Source of the DNA: Tubiluchus corallicola
Lineage: Eukaryota > Animalia > Priapulida
Assembly: GCA_030141605.1 (NCBI GenBank)
Contig: JAQGDQ010000929.1
Location: 1-64,000 of the forward strand
Direction of reading: 5' to 3'
Length of the DNA stretch: 64,000 bases
Shown here: piece after piece, positions 60,165-64,000 of the stretch
Layout: each line of letters starts with the position of its first letter
Numbering within the stretch: position 1 is the first letter of the stretch
Notes under the pieces: model-generated
What the model saw: the letters and a program-made list of their open reading frames with translations, nothing else
What the model was told of the DNA's origin: nothing
The model's database searches: none
Position numbers and translations under genes: made by a program

Positions 60165-61925
60165 TTACTCTGTATTCTGTTGGTCTGGCGTGAGATCAAT
60201 GACTGGCATTGTTCTCACATCGCTGTTATGATTGCTTCCTTCGATGTAGAAACTTGGATAGTTAAGCCACGGAACTGCAGCAAAAGCGTGCAGGTCTCTT
60301 GGATAAAATTTGGCTTTCCAGTTTTCATCCGGGTGCTTATCATACATGATCGGTAGGTACTCGTCAACAGGTGTGAGTTTTTCTAGCGGTTTTCCGTTCA
60401 ACAGTTTTGTTGCACCGCGAAGCGTTACGGCATATGATGCGGTCCAGTAAGTATAACCTGGTCTCACCAGCAATTTTGAACCTTCCACTAGAGTAACATC
60501 AACTGGAGGATCATTGACATATTTTCCGGCAAGGTAAATCAGATCCCAATCTACCTTCTCCGCGTCGGTCATAACCGCTTTCAATTTCTGTCTGTAGTTA
60601 CTTACGAATAGTACATCGTCTTCGAATACAAGTACTTTCTCATAGCCTTTGTTCACAATTTCCATCCAGACGCCATGATGAGACATCGCGCATCCTATTT
60701 CCCCCAGATTTATCGGTCGTTTTGCGAAACGATCTTTGTACGCTTCAAGCACTTTCACCCCAGCTTTGTCTAGCCACGTTGCATTTAATTCAAATCCGTC
60801 TACTGCTTCAAAGATATCGGCTTTCACTCCGATTATGTCCAAGTATGTCAGCATGCGTTCTTTTCTGTTTGTCCGCCTCCGCAAATTTATTACGAACACT
60901 CTGTCGAAACCCAGCATGTCCTTTTCTTTAGTTTGTGGTGATACGAACATTGACTTTGTCAACTTTTTGTTGTACCTCTTCTTTGTCATGTTGTAATGAA
61001 ACTCGTGGGGCGAATACGATTCCATTGCATTTAGTTTTAGATTTGCAAGTGCCTGAACTTCATCCTCTAGTGTCTGGATGTCAGCTACTGGCATAGTAAG
61101 AACACCAAACTCTTTGTGATTGCAAACAAACATTTCTATTTGAGCAGTTTGTGCAGATTTAGCAAACGCAAGGACGTCGTTAAACGAGCTGTTGTAGTCA
61201 TGGACCTTTTCGTCTTCAAACGTCAATGTTTTTGAGTCGTCGTGACGAAGATCAACGAGAAAAGTCGAATGGACAATTGGAACCTGAAAACAACCGAGTT
61301 TCTGCTTCTGCCGGATGGATAAATACTCTGAAGCTTCGGAGTAACTATTCAGGTCTTTGGAACACCAGAAGTTTGAATAAAAGCCTTGCGATTCCATCAG
61401 AGGAGCAACAATGGTTTTCTGCATGTCCATTAGTATCTGCAATGTGTTTCTGTTTTCTACAAAGTTATCACTGTCCACGAAAAATATATAATCCGCTTTC
61501 ATACCTCGTGCAACGGCTAAAGCTTCTTCGCGGATTTTGGAAATGTGTCGACCTCTCGACTCCCGCCAAGACGACGTTCTTTTCTCCTCTGGAATAGTTT
61601 GTGGCTCGTCAACAGATCGGAAGTCAGCCGAGTGGTAACTGGTTCCAACGTTATCCAACCATTCCTCCAAGATTCCAGATGTATTGTCTACATTATGATC
61701 AGTCCTTACCCACAATGCAATTCTGCTCTTGGGATAGTTTAACTCATCAATGTAGCCTAGGTAGTGAGGCAATGTATGGGCTTTGTTATGTGCGAGGATT
61801 GGCAGCAGCACTAATGGAAATTTGTTGTCGTCTATGCTGTTAGCACTTTCTTTGAAATACTTTCCTGCAACAGCTGCTATAATATAAAGAACAATGCTTG
61901 CAGATGTTAGTCTTTCACCTTCCAT
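60165..61925 (-). CDS. COLGALT: Procollagen galactosyltransferase-like (COLGALT/GLT25D, GT25 family), intronless CDS, 586 aa
   Basis: N-terminal hydrophobic leader; ILAHNKAHTLP, LNYPKSRI, TDHNVDNT, FVDSD, YSNFWC, PIVHSTFLVDL; GT25 domain INLRRRTNRK, GEIGCAMSH, LVFEDD, WDLIYL, YWTASY, PVDEYLP. An acceptor at ~62023 suggests a 5' UTR intron. Confidence 0.95.
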   Translation of the reverse strand: MEGERLTSASIVLYIIAAVAGKYFKESANSIDDNKFPLVLLPILAHNKAHTLPHYLGYIDELNYPKSRIALWVRTDHNVDNTSGILEEWLDNVGTSYHSADFRSVDEPQTIPEEKRTSSWRESRGRHISKIREEALAVARGMKADYIFFVDSDNFVENRNTLQILMDMQKTIVAPLMESQGFYSNFWCSKDLNSYSEASEYLSIRQKQKLGCFQVPIVHSTFLVDLRHDDSKTLTFEDEKVHDYNSSFNDVLAFAKSAQTAQIEMFVCNHKEFGVLTMPVADIQTLEDEVQALANLKLNAMESYSPHEFHYNMTKKRYNKKLTKSMFVSPQTKEKDMLGFDRVFVINLRRRTNRKERMLTYLDIIGVKADIFEAVDGFELNATWLDKAGVKVLEAYKDRFAKRPINLGEIGCAMSHHGVWMEIVNKGYEKVLVFEDDVLFVSNYRQKLKAVMTDAEKVDWDLIYLAGKYVNDPPVDVTLVEGSKLLVRPGYTYWTASYAVTLRGATKLLNGKPLEKLTPVDEYLPIMYDKHPDENWKAKFYPRDLHAFAAVPWLNYPSFYIEGSNHNSDVRTMPVIDLTPDQQNTE

Positions 61926-62080
61926 TTTTCTTGCTGTGTTTACTGTTTGTAGTTTCTTATTTCCTTTGCTGTTTATAATAAGCCATCTTCAAAGGCAAGC
62001 CAACACAACGGCTTTTACACGTCCTACAAAAAACACAATTTATTTAAGAAGTTAAGTAAGCTATATGAAAAACATGAAAA

Positions 62081-62132
<52 letters not shown>
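62081..62132. repeat. (CT)n microsatellite
   Basis: Direct reading. Confidence 0.9.
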
Positions 62133-62134
<2 letters not shown>

Positions 62135-62557
62135 TTCTGCGAAATAGAAACATTTATCCTTTTGTAGAAAAATGTTAAAAATTAATTCAGATGATGGTGA
62201 TCATCATAATAATGATGACGATTATAAAATTCTTAGGTTTACTCACATTTTATGGGACAACGTAATCCACATAGAATGCCCTAGCCAGCACAGCATTGTG
62301 CACAAACACGCAGTTCATAGCTGACCTAAGAACCATACGCCTAGCTTTCATTCACTGGCCCATATTTAACTACAGAGAAAAGATAATCCCTGCACTTCGT
62401 TCCTTGCTTCGTATAAGATAAAGCAAACAGAGTGAAGTCATGAGTGAAATTTGACCAACTGACTGAAATTAGGCTAGCGTAAAAAACGACAAAATGTGCA
62501 GTGAAATCAAAAGTTTTACTTTCTCCCAGTTTTAGAACCAATGAAACTCTTCCTCAG

Positions 62558-62712
62558 TAATTATCGTTTAAAAATTATAGAATATACATTGGCAACTTTC
62601 AAGCATTTCAATCGAAAAATAAATTTGTTTTAGTAATAATTATCGTTTAAAAATTATAGAATATACATTGGCAACTTTCAAGCATTTCAGTCGAAAAATA
62701 AATTTGTTTTAG
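62558..62712. repeat. ~78-bp tandem duplication
   Basis: taattatcgtttaaaaattatagaatatacattggcaactttcaagcatttca.tcgaaaaataaatttgttttag occurs twice. Confidence 0.9.
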
Positions 62713-63273
62713 GGCTCCTAATCTACCATACATTTAATTCAATAAACGAAGTCACTAAGATTGTACAGGCGCACGTGTTGACATGAAATCACTGTGAGCA
62801 AAATTATTTCGACGTTTTTGATCTGACCTTGACATTTGACTTCTGAACCAAGAAGCATTTGGTTTCCAGGTTTTTCTGAGGCCCATTCCTACGCCAAGTT
62901 TGGTGCTTATAGCTTCATCTGCAAACAGACAGACCTGGCTAGTGTTCAAGCTACTGTTATGTGGATAATAACTAGATTTTTTTGAGATTGTAAACTAGTA
63001 TAAAATATCATGACCTTATTACAGTGTTGGTATTCTTATGTTATTCGAAATGGTGTGATTATTTCAAATATATTTACATGCATAAAACTTTATTATAGTT
63101 TCTTAATTTTTCGTAAAAATTACAAAAATCTCGATTTTGTCAAATTCGTCAGTAGGCATCAGCGTTGCTTTGATTTTTTCGGATTATAAGACCAACTTTT
63201 TTATTATTTTTTACATAATAATAAGTTAGTAAGTCAATGAATGTTTTGTTTTGAATTTGCTGCAAACACATTT

Positions 63274-63275
<2 letters not shown>

Positions 63276-63318
<43 letters not shown>
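63276..63318. repeat. (TA)n microsatellite
   Basis: Direct reading. Confidence 0.9.
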
Positions 63319-63321
<3 letters not shown>

Positions 63322-63649
63322 GAATAATGCATCAATGACAAAATTCATGACTAAAGTGAAATTATTAATCATTTAAACGGAAGACATAAATTGAATTTGA
63401 AGAACTTTGAAGTTTTTTTCAGCATTGTTTTATTTCTTGATACACAGATTCTAGTGGAAATTTGTAGGGCAGAATTGCCACAAACTATTGCGCAAATGAA
63501 TAATAATTATATGTTGTAATGATAATAGACAATTAAACAAATACAAGATGCAAAGACAATTAAGTCAGCGGTTATGATGGCACATCATCAGGTCTCGGTA
63601 CAAACCACCACCAAGCTAAGTCATTTTATTAGAACTGAAGAGTTGGTAC

Positions 63650-63930
63650 CCTTCATTCAGTAGCAGGACCAGCTCGGTAAGGTTGTTGCAGCAACACCGG
63701 AACCCGTCTCAGTAATTGTTAATAGTGAAGTTTTTAATGATAACCTAGCCACTGGGGGGGGGGGGGGGGAGCAAGCCAGCACAAGCCCGGATAAATAGGG
63801 AGGGTTAGGGTCAGGAAGGGCATCCGCCTGTAAAAACTGCGCCAAAACCTTCTATGAATGAGTCGGTGAGACTTAAAGGGAAAGTCCACAAAGATAGTGG
63901 TCAGACCCGCTCTAATCTATAGAAAATGGG
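63650..63930 (+). mobile_element. RTE-related SINE/5' UTR fragment
   Basis: caagcccggataaatagggagggttagggtcaggaagggcatccgcctgtaaaaac is recalled from RTE-clade 5' UTRs and derived SINEs; boundaries approximate. Confidence 0.5.
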
Positions 63931-64000
63931 TGTGGTGGAGATGAGGATGTTGAGATGAATGGTAATCACAAGAAGAGATAAAATTAGAAATAATAATATC

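Noticed and set aside
60722-61843. Plus-strand ORFs overlapping COLGALT
   Set aside because: Antisense shadows of the real CDS, with no recognizable motifs.

Overview
This is AT-rich, intron-rich animal genomic DNA from an invertebrate. The 5S-like sequence and TTAGGG-like motifs are compatible with a lophotrochozoan, but that is not proven. The left half (about 214-33,600, minus strand) holds two tandem paralogs, offset by about 19.5 kb, of an 8-exon gene reconstructed by hand from splice sites. All introns are phase 1, and the predicted product is a secreted protein of about 450 aa: signal peptide - IgV - CD80-like IgC2 - IgI - globular C1q, with no transmembrane, collagen or coiled-coil segment. 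The paralogs are about 81-85% identical in the two middle Ig domains and about 95% in sampled intron DNA, but only about 62% in IgV and 50-68% in the C1q exons, which suggests a diversifying soluble immune-recognition family. A decayed extra V exon and a Helitron next to the V acceptor complicate the 5' end of the upstream copy. The right half holds a Gypsy gag relic, a decayed CR1/L2-type LINE, the Gly-rich 3' exons of an hnRNP A/B-like gene with no RRM exons visible, a 5S-rRNA-headed element, SINEs, a piggyBac-type MITE and an intronless COLGALT/GT25 gene. Many unrelated tandem repeats are scattered throughout. All identities are hand counts; no database searches were run.
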